DNA of 63,968 nucleotides, the filler included, from an uncultured bacterium (lineage in GTDB: Bacteria; CAZSTA01): NCBI GenBank assembly GCA_964609495.1. It is 3 parts of 3 records of this genome, joined end to end, with 100 filler letters (N's around TTAATTAATTAA, not from the genome) between each part and the next. Parts side by side here need not be neighbours in the genome. Positions count along the whole stretch, not along the records: positions 1 to 24,996 come from CAZSTA010000033.1; 2 more parts are not named here. One strand, 5' to 3'. The notes beneath the pieces were generated by a model. That model searched no databases. It saw only the letters and a list, made by a program, of their open reading frames with translations, and was not told the origin of the DNA. Shown in pieces: positions 1 through 9,717 of the stretch; position 1 is the stretch's first letter; the number at the start of each line of letters is the position of its first letter. Made by a program: the position numbers and the translations under genes.

Positions 1-140
1 CCATCGAGGGGGGAGCTAAAGGACTTTAGTTCAATCTCAGTGTTCCCTCTCCCCTTGTGGGAGAGGGATAGGGTGAGGGGGAGTATCATATTCCTCAGCA
101 CAAAGTTTTACATGCTTTGGAAACTTTTTGAAACTACTTA
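1..140. repeat. Partial MITE/REP-like element (CCCTCTCCC..GGGAGAGGG hairpins), ending in TGAAACTACTTA
   Basis: Closely matches the copies near 7620-7800, 11430-11621 and 25440-25600. Confidence 0.8.
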
Positions 141-175
141 AAGCCTTACCATATTATTTTAGCTGCCCAAGTTCG

Positions 176-538
176 CTATTCTCCTAGGATGGAGAAGTTT
201 CTGTTGTTCACATTAGGAGTTAAGGAAGAAGGCGAACCTCTCATCCCATTCCCTATCCTCATATCTTGCCCTCCCTGTCCAGGATTGATTATGATCACCC
301 CCGGATAAGGGGGATATCGCATCTCATTTTGAGGATGAGCTTGAGTAGAATCGGACTCCTGTTTGTTACCCTTTAACATCCAAACTATGATGATACTGAC
401 TGGAATCGAGGCTATGACCCCTAATCCCACTCCCGCGACGATCGCCAAAGCCTGAGCATCTAATTGATTAAGTAATATCCAACCGAAAACTCCCACCATC
501 GTCATCAAAACCATGGTAAAGAAGATCTTGAATCCCAT
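176..538 (-). CDS. Small membrane protein with two TM helices and a Pro/Gly-rich C-terminal tail
   Basis: Two hydrophobic stretches; AGGAGGAG RBS; last gene of the LexA-box operon. Confidence 0.8.
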   Translation of the reverse strand: MGFKIFFTMVLMTMVGVFGWILLNQLDAQALAIVAGVGLGVIASIPVSIIIVWMLKGNKQESDSTQAHPQNEMRYPPYPGVIIINPGQGGQDMRIGNGMRGSPSSLTPNVNNRNFSILGE

Positions 539-553
539 CTTTCTTTCTCCTCC

Positions 554-1783
554 TTAATAGTTTACTCTCTTCCTAATAGCCTTCTTCAGAGAGGCTAGGG
601 ATATTATCCTCTTCGACTCAGTCTCCCTTTTTCTAGACCTCTCTGCGAAGGAGGGAAGTCCTTTCACTAGACTTCTTATCTCCTTATCTTCTATATAAGC
701 TGATTGAAATCTCTCCCTTTTTCCTCCTAATATCGCGATGAAATCTCCTCTCCCTAGTAATCTCTCACATCCTATCTGCTTCTGTCCCGTCGCTATTTTA
801 CTATCCTCGGCGCTCACTACCTTTCCCACTAAGCGACAGGGGATATTTCCTCTAAGCAACCCACTATCTCCCAGGGCTTTAGCCGAAGGTTTCTGCGTGG
901 AGAGAACTAATTGGATACGTGATTGCCTTCCCCTCTGGGAGATCCTTATCAGACTATTTCCTATCTCCTTCTTCTCATCAACTAAGAGCAGATCTAATAG
1001 CTCATCTATGAAGATCAACAGGGGAGTTAATTCACGAGGATCGAGCATCTCCTTATCTCTCCTCTCCATCTCCTTCACTATCTCCCTCAAGACCTGGGCT
1101 GCGATTGGGGGTTCAGTGACGATGGGATAAGCTAAGAACCCCTTCTCATACAATCCTGAGAAGGGGGAGTAACCCCTGGCTTTGGGATCTATGAGGACGA
1201 GCTTAAGGGGGTTAAAGCGAACTAGGGAGGCGATCATAGCTTGAGTGAGACAGGTTTTGCCTCCTCCGGGGACCGAAGCGACTAGGATATGGGGGCAATC
1301 AGGACTGGCTAAGTTGAGGAGAAGGATCTCCCCATCGCTCTTAGTTCCTAAGATCGTCAATAAGGAGTTATCCTCATACGATTCCTTGGGAGGTGAAGAG
1401 GCAATCCTCTTCATCAGATCGGAGAGCAGAACGGGAGAGAAGTCATTATTGGGGATTTGGAGGGTTACATATCCTGGTCCTTTCCTCATAGAGCAGGAAT
1501 CGACTCCTAAAGCTAGAGCTATATCATCAGCGAGGGGGAGGAGTTTATTCAATCTCTGCCCGGGAGCGAGGAGGAGGTGGAATTGAGTGAGACGAGCTCC
1601 CCTAACTCCTCCGATAATGTGAACCTTAAGGCCGAAATTCGCTAAGGTCCATTCAATTATATCCGCTTGATAGTTAAGTATTCTCTCCATCGTCATTTCT
1701 ATCTCCCCTATCCTTGAGCGATCCCTTAATTTCCCCTCCTTATCCCTTCTCTGGAGTTTACCCGATGCCACTCTCCTAAACAA
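554..1783 (-). CDS. FtsK/SpoIIIE-family ATPase (alpha+beta motor only; no N-terminal TM, no gamma domain); start may be 1696
   Basis: Walker A SVPGGGKT, LIDPK, Walker B IFIDE, TQKPS and LLGRGDF motifs. Confidence 0.9.
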   Translation of the reverse strand: MFRRVASGKLQRRDKEGKLRDRSRIGEIEMTMERILNYQADIIEWTLANFGLKVHIIGGVRGARLTQFHLLLAPGQRLNKLLPLADDIALALGVDSCSMRKGPGYVTLQIPNNDFSPVLLSDLMKRIASSPPKESYEDNSLLTILGTKSDGEILLLNLASPDCPHILVASVPGGGKTCLTQAMIASLVRFNPLKLVLIDPKARGYSPFSGLYEKGFLAYPIVTEPPIAAQVLREIVKEMERRDKEMLDPRELTPLLIFIDELLDLLLVDEKKEIGNSLIRISQRGRQSRIQLVLSTQKPSAKALGDSGLLRGNIPCRLVGKVVSAEDSKIATGQKQIGCERLLGRGDFIAILGGKRERFQSAYIEDKEIRSLVKGLPSFAERSRKRETESKRIISLASLKKAIRKRVNY

Positions 1784-1970
1784 CTCCCTCGGTTAATGTC
1801 TCTCTTGCTCGACGCTGGGTTTTTCTCGTTTCAACTTTGAGTCTTCTCTTTTCCTCTTTCACCATCATCTTATATTCCCGCTTATCCATAAATAGCCCGC
1901 ACTTCCGACACCTATATCTTTGGCTCACCACCGAGAAGCCAGCTTCAGAGTCACAGCGAGGACAACGCAT
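1776..1970 (-). CDS. Small Zn-ribbon protein with basic C-terminal helix
   Basis: CPRC...CRKC; AGGAGG RBS; overlaps both neighbours. Confidence 0.7.
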   Translation of the reverse strand: MRCPRCDSEAGFSVVSQRYRCRKCGLFMDKREYKMMVKEEKRRLKVETRKTQRRARETLTEGVV

Positions 1971-2727
1971 ATCTTCTCTCCTCCTTCCTATTGAATTTGA
2001 GGATCATATTAGTTCTAGCTAGCTTATCGACCATTTTACTCCCCAGTAGGTCTTCGAATTCCTTTAATGGAAGGGGAGTAGTGATTATCGTGGGTTTCAG
2101 ATCTCCGTGTCTGCTATCTAATATCGCGATCAGACTATCTTTTAGTTGCTTGGTAAGAGTTTCCAAGCCATCTATCACTAGCAGTCTCACTTCTTTAAGG
2201 AGGAGAGAGACCTCCTCCCTCCCAGCTTTATCTCCCTTGAAGCCCTCAGCTAATCCTCTCATTCCTATCCATACTCCTTCTACTCCTCTTTGGATTAGCC
2301 ATCTCAACATCCCTCCTGCTAGCTGACTCGTCTCCTCTGAGGCTTCTACAAATAGGGCTCCTTCCCCTCTCTTAGCGTGAGAGGGGAATTCCTCCAGATA
2401 TCTCCAGATGGGTTGGAGGAATGGTTTGTCTTCTTCCCTCCTATCCTCATCTAGCATATAGCTTAAGGCTCTCTGACTACCACTAGAGTGCTTCAGGAGG
2501 GAAGCGAGCTTCTTCTGTTTCTGGAGGAGTTGATAGCATTCACAGCGAACTAGACTATAGCTGTTGAGATTACCATTGGAGTTCGTTCCGTCTATGACCT
2601 CGATCCATTCCTCATCTTGACATATCGGACAGATAGGGGAGGAGGCGATCCTAATTGGAGATTTATCTAGCTCCTTTATCTTGTCCTTGACAGATGGATT
2701 GGGTTTTAAGGTAATTATCTTTCCCAT
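1951..2727 (-). CDS. DnaC/IstB-like protein with N-terminal Zn finger and degenerate Walker A
   Basis: CPIC...RCEC, LLVIDGL, ILDSRHGDLKPTIITT; no GxxGxGKT motif. Confidence 0.75.
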   Translation of the reverse strand: MGKIITLKPNPSVKDKIKELDKSPIRIASSPICPICQDEEWIEVIDGTNSNGNLNSYSLVRCECYQLLQKQKKLASLLKHSSGSQRALSYMLDEDRREEDKPFLQPIWRYLEEFPSHAKRGEGALFVEASEETSQLAGGMLRWLIQRGVEGVWIGMRGLAEGFKGDKAGREEVSLLLKEVRLLVIDGLETLTKQLKDSLIAILDSRHGDLKPTIITTPLPLKEFEDLLGSKMVDKLARTNMILKFNRKEERRYALSSL

Positions 2728-2767
2728 GGGTTTTCACCTACCTATCGGGATTTATCCTTCTACTAAT

Positions 2768-2796
2768 ATTATAATCGAACATATGTTCGATGTCAA
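2768..2796 (-). promoter_or_regulatory. Consensus sigma70 promoter with a LexA (Cheo/SOS) box in the spacer
   Basis: Minus strand TTGACA-17-TATAAT; spacer holds CGAAC-ATAT-GTTCG (2776-2789). Confidence 0.9.
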
Positions 2797-2881
2797 GGGG
2801 TTTTTAAAGTTTTTTTTCATTTTCGACCAATTTTTTTGGCAGGATAGGGAAAAATGCTTTGAGAAAAGCACGATTTTTTAC

Positions 2882-2910
2882 TTGACAAATAAGAAATCCT
2901 CTTGTATAAT
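2882..2910 (+). promoter_or_regulatory. Consensus sigma70 promoter of the tyrS leader
   Basis: TTGACA-17-TATAAT. Confidence 0.9.
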
Positions 2911-2924
2911 AACATAAAAGTTTA

Positions 2925-3260
2925 AAAGCGGGAAAAGTTGTGACGAGGATTTAGTAAACTTGTCGGTAAAATCGGCTACAGAGAAACCAGCTTTGTTGAG
3001 AGCTGGTGCCAAGCGGCAGGTCGAATTACCCCTCTGAGCTGTGAGCTGAAAGATGAGTTTAATTCTCTCGTTTATTAGGCTTAACCGGGCTTTAAGCATC
3101 CGTTATAATGCTTGAGGTATTGTAGAAAATATGAAGTGTATCAATTTTCTATAATATACCTACCGAGATCGATACTGTGAGGTATCGATAAATGAGGGTG
3201 GTACCACGAAGGTGAATAACAACCTCTCGTCCCTAATTTCTAAAGGCGAGAGGTTTTTTG
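2925..3260 (+). promoter_or_regulatory. T-box riboswitch (Tyr) with intrinsic terminator
   Basis: T-box AGGGTGGTACCACG (3195-3208); antiterminator partner CGTCCCT; specifier TAC (3027-3029); terminator AACCTCTCG..CGAGAGGTTTTTT. Confidence 0.92.
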
Positions 3261-3287
3261 GTATAACTGGTCGAGGAGGTCACAGTT

Positions 3288-4490
3288 ATGAAGGCAGAGG
3301 AGCAATTGAAGATCATCGAGGAGGGAGTAGAGGAGATCTTGCCTCGAGAGGACCTATTAAGGAAGCTGGAACAAGAGCGTCCTCTACGCGTGAAATACGG
3401 AGCTGATCCAACTGCCCCCGATCTTCACCTGGGTCACGCGCTGTGTATGCGAAAGCTCAAGCAATTGCATGATCTGGGGCATGAGATCGTGTTCGTGATC
3501 GGCGATTTCACTGGACGCTTGGGAGATCCCTCCGAACGAACTGCGACGCGGAAGATGTTGAACAAGGATGAGGTCGAGATCAATGCCAAGACCTATATGG
3601 ACCAGGTATATAAGATGCTAGATCGCGATAGGATTAAGACGATCTTCAATAGCACCTGGTTCGATGATATGACCTTTCAGGAGGTTATCGGGCTGGCCTC
3701 TAAATATACTGTTGCTAAGATGTTGGAGAGAGATGATTTCTCTAATAGATATAAAAATGGACTTCCTATAAGCTTAACCGAGTTCCTATATCCCCTGATC
3801 CAAGGATATGACTCGGTGGCTTTGAAGGCTGATATAGAACTGGGAGGGACCGATCAAAAGTTCAATTTAATAGTAGCCAGGGATATTCAGAAAGGATATG
3901 GACAAGAGCCTCAGGTATTGCTCCTTATGCCCCTCTTAGTTGGTTTAGATGGTGCTGAGAAGATGAGTAAGAGTAAGGGAAATCATATTGGGATAACCGA
4001 GGACCCCGATCAGATGTTCGGCAAAGTGATGTCTTTAGCGGATGAGTTACTCCCGACCTACTTCGAGTTGGCGACTCAGCTACCTAAAGGAGAGATCGAA
4101 GATATAGAGAGAGCATTAGCAAAGGGGCAACTTCATCCGATGGAGGCGAAGAAGAGGTTAGCTAGGGAGATAGTTAAGATGTATCACAGTGAGGAGATAG
4201 CCTCGGCAGCTGAGAAGGAGTTCGAGAGGGTCTTTAGTCGGAAGGAACTCCCGACCGATATTCCAGAATGTTCGGTGTCTGGACTAAAGAATGGTAAGAT
4301 TTGGATCATAAAACTTCTGCTGGAGGCGGGAATGGCAACGACGAATAGCGAAGCCAGGCGCTTAATCAAGCAAGGAGCTGTTAGTATAGACGGAGAGAAG
4401 ATACTGGATGATAATCTCGATCTTGAGATAATCTCAGGACAGATATTACGAGTGGGAAGACGAAGGTTTGCGGAGATAAGGTTGGAATAA
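3288..4490 (+). CDS. tyrS: Tyrosine--tRNA ligase
   Basis: DPTAPDLHLGH, KMSKS, C-terminal S4 domain. Confidence 0.98.
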   Translation: MKAEEQLKIIEEGVEEILPREDLLRKLEQERPLRVKYGADPTAPDLHLGHALCMRKLKQLHDLGHEIVFVIGDFTGRLGDPSERTATRKMLNKDEVEINAKTYMDQVYKMLDRDRIKTIFNSTWFDDMTFQEVIGLASKYTVAKMLERDDFSNRYKNGLPISLTEFLYPLIQGYDSVALKADIELGGTDQKFNLIVARDIQKGYGQEPQVLLLMPLLVGLDGAEKMSKSKGNHIGITEDPDQMFGKVMSLADELLPTYFELATQLPKGEIEDIERALAKGQLHPMEAKKRLAREIVKMYHSEEIASAAEKEFERVFSRKELPTDIPECSVSGLKNGKIWIIKLLLEAGMATTNSEARRLIKQGAVSIDGEKILDDNLDLEIISGQILRVGRRRFAEIRLE

Positions 4491-4561
4491 ACTGACAAGT
4501 TGATGATTAGCTGGCAGTTTAACCATAATAATAGATAATTTATGTTAGGAGGAGATGGCAG

Positions 4562-5863
4562 ATGATCTGGGACAAGAAGTATGAATGTATGCCTCGACCA
4601 GCTCTGAATGCGGTGCAGTTGGATAGGCTACAAAAGATAGTGAAGAGGGTCTATGAGACTGTTCCCTTTTATCGAGATGCTCTAAACGAGAGAGGGATCA
4701 AACCGGAGGATATAAAATCACTTGAGGATCTGAAGCGTCTGCCCTTCACCACTAAGGAGGATCTGCGCGAGAATTATCCCTTCGGGATGTTCACCGTGTC
4801 TCTCGATGATGTAGTTCGCATTCATTCCTCCTCGGGAACGACTGGAAAACCAGCCGTGGCAGGATATACCGCTAATGATATCAACACCTGGTCGGAACTG
4901 ATGGCTAGGGCTTTGACCTGTGGAGGAGCGACTAAGGGGGATATCATTCAAAACGCTTTCGGTTACGGACTTTTCACAGGAGGATTAGGAATCCACTATG
5001 GAGCAGAGAGGATAGGAGCCTCAGTTATCCCTATCTCCGGGGGAAATACGAAGCGACAGATTATGATTATGCAGGATTTCGGAAGCACTGTTCTTACCAG
5101 CACCCCCTCTTACGCGCTCTATATAGCTGAGGTTGCTGGTGAGATGGGCATCGACTTCGCCGAGATGAAGTTGAAGATCGGGATCTTCGGAGCTGAGCCG
5201 TGGTCTGAGAATATGCGGCGGGAGATCGAGGAGAGGTTGAGGATAAGCGCCATCGATATCTACGGATTGAGCGAGGTGATAGGCCCTGGAGTGTCAATTG
5301 AGTGTGAGATAAAGGATGGATTACATATCTTTGAGGATCACTTTATCCCGGAGGTGATAGATCCTGATACTGGCGAGGTCCTTCCTTATGGTGAGGAGGG
5401 AGAGTTAGTTTTCACCACCCTTACTAAAGAAGCCTTCCCCCTTATCAGATATCGCACCAGGGATATCTCTTTGCTTATGAGCGAGCCTTGTCCTTGTGGT
5501 AGAGCTCATGCTAGAATGAGGCGGGTGACTGGTAGAACTGATGATGTGCTCATTATCAGGGGGGTTAATGTCTTTCCCTCTCAGGTCGAGAGTGTGCTTA
5601 TGGGCATCAAGGAAGTCGAGCCTAACTATCAACTTGTGCTAACTAAAGACGGTCCTCTAGACTCTTTAGAGATATGGGTAGAAGCTGGGGAAGATGTCTT
5701 CTCAGATGAGGTCAAGAATCTAGAGCGTATAGAGGAGAAGATCAAAGCTGAGATCGAAAGCGTGTTGGGATTGACGGCTAAGGTGAAATTGGTAGAGCCT
5801 AAGACTATAGCTAGGAGTGAGGGAAAGGCTAAGAGAGTATTAGATATGAGAAATCAATCTTAA
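4562..5863 (+). CDS. paaK: Phenylacetate--CoA ligase family
   Basis: [29 protein letters not shown]. Confidence 0.93.
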   Translation: MIWDKKYECMPRPALNAVQLDRLQKIVKRVYETVPFYRDALNERGIKPEDIKSLEDLKRLPFTTKEDLRENYPFGMFTVSLDDVVRIHSSSGTTGKPAVAGYTANDINTWSELMARALTCGGATKGDIIQNAFGYGLFTGGLGIHYGAERIGASVIPISGGNTKRQIMIMQDFGSTVLTSTPSYALYIAEVAGEMGIDFAEMKLKIGIFGAEPWSENMRREIEERLRISAIDIYGLSEVIGPGVSIECEIKDGLHIFEDHFIPEVIDPDTGEVLPYGEEGELVFTTLTKEAFPLIRYRTRDISLLMSEPCPCGRAHARMRRVTGRTDDVLIIRGVNVFPSQVESVLMGIKEVEPNYQLVLTKDGPLDSLEIWVEAGEDVFSDEVKNLERIEEKIKAEIESVLGLTAKVKLVEPKTIARSEGKAKRVLDMRNQS

Positions 5864-5904
5864 TAAGGAGAGATCTCTCCTTTAAGGGAGAAGGAGGTTG
5901 ATCG

Positions 5905-6339
5905 ATGATGAAGGTGAGACAGATATCTATCTTTATCGAGAATAAACCAGGCAGGTTAGCTGAGGTTACTGGAATATTGGGGGAGAAAGACATAAATATC
6001 AGAGCTTTGTCCTTAGCTGATACTTCCGACTTCGGTATTCTTCGTCTGATCGTAAATGATGTAGATAAAGCTAATCAGGTACTCAAGGACAATAATTTTA
6101 CCGTTGGCGAGACGGAGGTCATCGCGGTTGAGGTTCCAGATAGACCAGGGGGATTGGCTAACATCTTGGGGATCTTGCATGATGCTGATCTTAACGTAGA
6201 GTATATGTATGCTTTTGTGGAGAAGAGCTCTGATAACGCGGTCTTGATCTTCCGCTTCGAGGAGATCGACAGAGCGATAGAGACTTTACAAAGTAAGGGG
6301 GTGAGACTGCTCAGAGGAGAGGAAGTTTATTCTTTGTAA
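5905..6339 (+). CDS. Tandem ACT-domain protein
   Basis: [10 protein letters not shown] and DRPGGLA repeats; typical paaK neighbour. Confidence 0.92.
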   Translation: MMKVRQISIFIENKPGRLAEVTGILGEKDINIRALSLADTSDFGILRLIVNDVDKANQVLKDNNFTVGETEVIAVEVPDRPGGLANILGILHDADLNVEYMYAFVEKSSDNAVLIFRFEEIDRAIETLQSKGVRLLRGEEVYSL

Positions 6340-6376
6340 GATTAGGAAGACTAAGTCTAGATAAGGAGGGTTAGAA

Positions 6377-7519
6377 GTGAAAAAATTACTCGTTTTAGCT
6401 TTAGCTGTTTCCATTCTGACAATTTTAATGGTAGGCATAACTTCAGCTCAAGAGCCCTATAAGATAGGGGCTATATTCTCCATCACTGGACCTGCCTCCC
6501 CGTTAGGTGAGCCGGAGAGGAATACCGCGATTATGGTCGCGGAGCAGATAAACGCGGCTGGGGGAATAAATGGTCATCCTCTGGAGCTTATCGTCTATGA
6601 TACCGCTGGTGAAGAAACAAAGTCGGTGATGGAAGTTAAGAGGTTGATCGAGAGGGATAAAGTAATAGCGATAATCGGACCTAGCCGTAGTGGAACGACT
6701 TTGGCGGTAGTTCCTATTGTGGAGAAGGCGGAAATCCCGTTTATCTCGTGTGCGGCGAGCATAAAGATCGTAGAACCAGTTAAGAAGTGGGTATTCAAAA
6801 CCCCTCAGAGTGATTTCTTGGCTGTCGAGAAGATCATCGACTATCTCAAGGAGAAGGGTATCTCCAAAGTAGCGATGATAAATGTGGATAATGCCTATGG
6901 GATGAGCGGTAGAGAGCAATTGGACGCTCTAGCAATACCGGCTGGAATCGAGATAGTCGCGAAGGAGTCCTTCGGAGATAAGGATACCGATATGACCGTT
7001 CAGTTGACGGGGATCAAGGGAACTGATGCCGAGGCAGTTGTATGCTGGGGAACTAACCCCGGTCCAGCTATAGTCGCTAAGAATATGAAGCAACTGGAGA
7101 TGAATATACCCTTGATCCAAAGCCACGGGGTAGCTAATATGACGTTCATCGAATTGGCGGGAGAAGCGGCTGAGGGAGTGATTCTTCCTGCAGGAAAGCT
7201 TATCGTAGCCGAGTACCTGCCTGATGATGATCCTCAGAAGGCAACGCTTATGGAGTATAAAGAGCAGTATGAGAGCAAATATGGGCAAGCTGTTGACACC
7301 TTCGGAGGACATGCTTGGGATGCTCTATGGTTGGTGATAAAAGCTTTGGAGAAGGTCGGGCTAGATAAAGCTAAGATAAGGGATGAGATAGAGAACACCA
7401 AGAACTTCACAGGTACTGGCGGTATCTTCAACTTCTCTCCCGAAGATCACAATGGTCTTATCAAAGAGGCTTTCGTTATGGTTAAGATCGAGGATGGGAA
7501 GTGGACGTTAGCGGAATAA
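6377..7519 (+). CDS. Branched-chain amino acid ABC substrate-binding protein
   Basis: Signal peptide; IGAIFSITGPAS; INAAGGINGHPLEL. Confidence 0.93.
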   Translation: MKKLLVLALAVSILTILMVGITSAQEPYKIGAIFSITGPASPLGEPERNTAIMVAEQINAAGGINGHPLELIVYDTAGEETKSVMEVKRLIERDKVIAIIGPSRSGTTLAVVPIVEKAEIPFISCAASIKIVEPVKKWVFKTPQSDFLAVEKIIDYLKEKGISKVAMINVDNAYGMSGREQLDALAIPAGIEIVAKESFGDKDTDMTVQLTGIKGTDAEAVVCWGTNPGPAIVAKNMKQLEMNIPLIQSHGVANMTFIELAGEAAEGVILPAGKLIVAEYLPDDDPQKATLMEYKEQYESKYGQAVDTFGGHAWDALWLVIKALEKVGLDKAKIRDEIENTKNFTGTGGIFNFSPEDHNGLIKEAFVMVKIEDGKWTLAE

Positions 7520-7525
7520 GGGATA

Positions 7526-7554
7526 AGAGGTCAGATCTTCAAGGTCTGACCTCT
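7526..7554 (+). terminator. Hairpin after the SBP gene
   Basis: AGAGGTCAGATC-N5-GGTCTGACCTCT. Confidence 0.6.
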
Positions 7555-7565
7555 AGCTTCAAAAT

Positions 7566-7952
7566 TAGGTAGCTTCAAAGAAATGAGTTCCTTTTATTTT
7601 GCTGTCAGTTCAAGATATAAATCCCCCCTCACCCTATCCCTCTCCCACGAGGGGAGAGGGAAAACTGAGATTGAACTAAAGCCCTTTATTCCCCCCTCCC
7701 TTGATGGGAGGGGGTTAGGGGGAGGGTGATAATTAACAAGATTCCTTGATAGCCTTATTAATTCGGCAAAAACCAAGATGGGAGAGGTTAGGGGAGGGTG
7801 TAAAGGGAACTTTTTTACCTTGAGTCTTATTTGAAGCAAAAGTTCCCTTTTCGCTTGAGTTTTGTTACCGGCAAAAGTTTCCTTTATTTAAGGTGAGTTC
7901 AAGACCTAATCTGATCTCGAACATCTCAGACAAAAAATTTTGAAACTACTTA
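7566..7952. mobile_element. Composite MITE-like element with ~13-bp terminal inverted repeats, enclosing REP-like hairpins and a 51-bp palindrome
   Basis: TAGGTAGCTTCAAA ... TTTGAAACTACTTA; internal segments shared with the other copies. Confidence 0.7.
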
Positions 7953-7964
7953 AAACCTCACTAT

Positions 7965-8015
7965 TTCTGGTAACTTTTCAACCTTGTATATCTTTGGAAG
8001 CAAGAGTTACCAGAA
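7965..8015. repeat. 51-bp palindromic element (TTCTGGTAAC...GTTACCAGAA)
   Basis: Closely similar, in reverse orientation, to 10268-10318. Confidence 0.85.
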
Positions 8016-8035
8016 CAATCGAGGTGTGATCATAA

Positions 8036-8902
8036 TTGAACTTAGCGAGTCAGATCCTACAATATATCTTATCCGGGATAACTATTGGGAGTATCTACGC
8101 TATGGTCGCCTTCGGCTTCGACATAATCTACAACGCTACCGATATAATCAACTTTGCCCAAGGTGAGTTTGTTATGTTGGGAGGAGTGATAACTGTGTCC
8201 TTACGCGCCGCTCATCTACCGATGCCGATCGCCTTTGTTCTAGCAGTTTTGTTAGCGACTATAATAGGGATGATTTTCGAGAGATTAGCGATCCATCCCC
8301 TTAAGAATGCCTCGGTGATAACGCTAATTATCATCACTATTGGTGCTTCCATATTCATCAGAGGAGTCGCTATGCTCATCTGGGGAAAGAATGCTTTGCC
8401 TTTACCTCCCTTCTCCTCCGATGAACCTATAAGGTTGGGAGGAGCGACGATACTTCCGCAAAGTCTCTGGGTTCTTGGTATCTCGGTGATAGTAGTTCTA
8501 GCCCTACGCTTCTTCTTCGATCATACCATTTGGGGCAAAGCGATGCGCGCTTGCGCTATGAATAAAAGAGCGGCTAGATTGGTGGGGATAAGCGTCCCGC
8601 GAATGGTTCTCCTTTCCTTCGCCCTGAGCGCGGCTTTAGGAGCGATCGCTGGTATTATCATCGCCCCGATCAGTTTCACTGGTTATGATGTAGGGATGAT
8701 GCTGGGACTAAAGGGATTCTGTGCCGCTATAATAGGGGGGTTAGGTAATAGCTTGGGAGCGGTAGTGGGAGGTATAGTTCTAGGCATCCTAGAATCGTTA
8801 GGAGCGGGATTGATATCCTCGGGATATAAGGATGCGATAGCTTTTCTCATCCTGCTAGTGGTCCTCTTCATAAAACCTAGCGGGATAATGGGAAGAGGAT
8901 AG
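8036..8902 (+). CDS. livH: Branched-chain amino acid ABC permease (LivH-like)
   Basis: IINFAQGEF; GKAMRA; AAIIGGLG. Confidence 0.9.
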   Translation: MNLASQILQYILSGITIGSIYAMVAFGFDIIYNATDIINFAQGEFVMLGGVITVSLRAAHLPMPIAFVLAVLLATIIGMIFERLAIHPLKNASVITLIIITIGASIFIRGVAMLIWGKNALPLPPFSSDEPIRLGGATILPQSLWVLGISVIVVLALRFFFDHTIWGKAMRACAMNKRAARLVGISVPRMVLLSFALSAALGAIAGIIIAPISFTGYDVGMMLGLKGFCAAIIGGLGNSLGAVVGGIVLGILESLGAGLISSGYKDAIAFLILLVVLFIKPSGIMGRG

Positions 8903-8934
8903 AACTCTCCCCTTTTGAGAGAAAGGTTGAATAT

Positions 8935-9717
8935 ATGGTTCAGATCGGAGCTATGAATTATCCTCTGAATGATTTGATAGAGGAGATAAGATTCTTTGGG
9001 AGAAATGATTTCGATTTTATAGATCTCACCTTAGAGCCACCCGAGGCTTATTCTGCCGCTATCGAGGTAAGCAAGGTGAAGAAAGCTTTAGATGAATATG
9101 GGCTGGATATAGTAGGGCATACTGCCTATTATCTTCCCTTCGCCTCGCCCTTTCCTGAGCTACGGGAGTGGGCTATAAAGGAGAGCGAAAGATGTTTGGA
9201 GATATTTCATCAGCTTGGTACGCAGAAGATGAATCTTCATCCATTTACTAGAGTATCGCTTCACAGGAGAGAATGGATAATTGAACGCAATATCGAAGCC
9301 TTCAAGCGAGTTAACGAGAGAGCCAAGGAATTGGGGATAAAGCTGATGGTGGAGAATATGCCCAAAATAGCGCATGATGTGGAGGATCTGAAGCCCATAT
9401 TCGATTCTATTCCTGATTTGGGTTTCCATCTGGATGTGGGGCATGCTAATCTTAATACTAAATATAATATAACTAGTGAACTTCTGGAGCACTTCGGTTA
9501 TATATTAGAGCATGTTCATATCTCTGATAATAAAGGGGGAGAGGACGATCTTCATCTACCTCTTGGAGCAGGTATGATCGATTGGACTAAGATCGTGGAG
9601 GAACTTAAAAATTTCGGATATGACGGGACTATAACTTTAGAGATATTCTCTCAAGATAGGGAATATCTTTTGATAAGTAGAGATAAGTTTAGGAGGCTAT
9701 GGGAAAGCGTTAAATAA
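8935..9717 (+). CDS. Sugar phosphate isomerase/epimerase (xylose isomerase-like TIM barrel)
   Basis: VEN, LDVGH, HVHISDN, HLPLGAG, TLE motifs. Confidence 0.88.
   Translation: MVQIGAMNYPLNDLIEEIRFFGRNDFDFIDLTLEPPEAYSAAIEVSKVKKALDEYGLDIVGHTAYYLPFASPFPELREWAIKESERCLEIFHQLGTQKMNLHPFTRVSLHRREWIIERNIEAFKRVNERAKELGIKLMVENMPKIAHDVEDLKPIFDSIPDLGFHLDVGHANLNTKYNITSELLEHFGYILEHVHISDNKGGEDDLHLPLGAGMIDWTKIVEELKNFGYDGTITLEIFSQDREYLLISRDKFRRLWESVK

Noticed and set aside
1951-2727. IS21 element (istB)
   Set aside because: No istA transposase or terminal repeats; Walker A absent
7594-7839. ORFs 7594-7839 and 25477-25683 with similar PLPSWERDR peptides
   Set aside because: They are translations of the non-coding MITE/REP repeat
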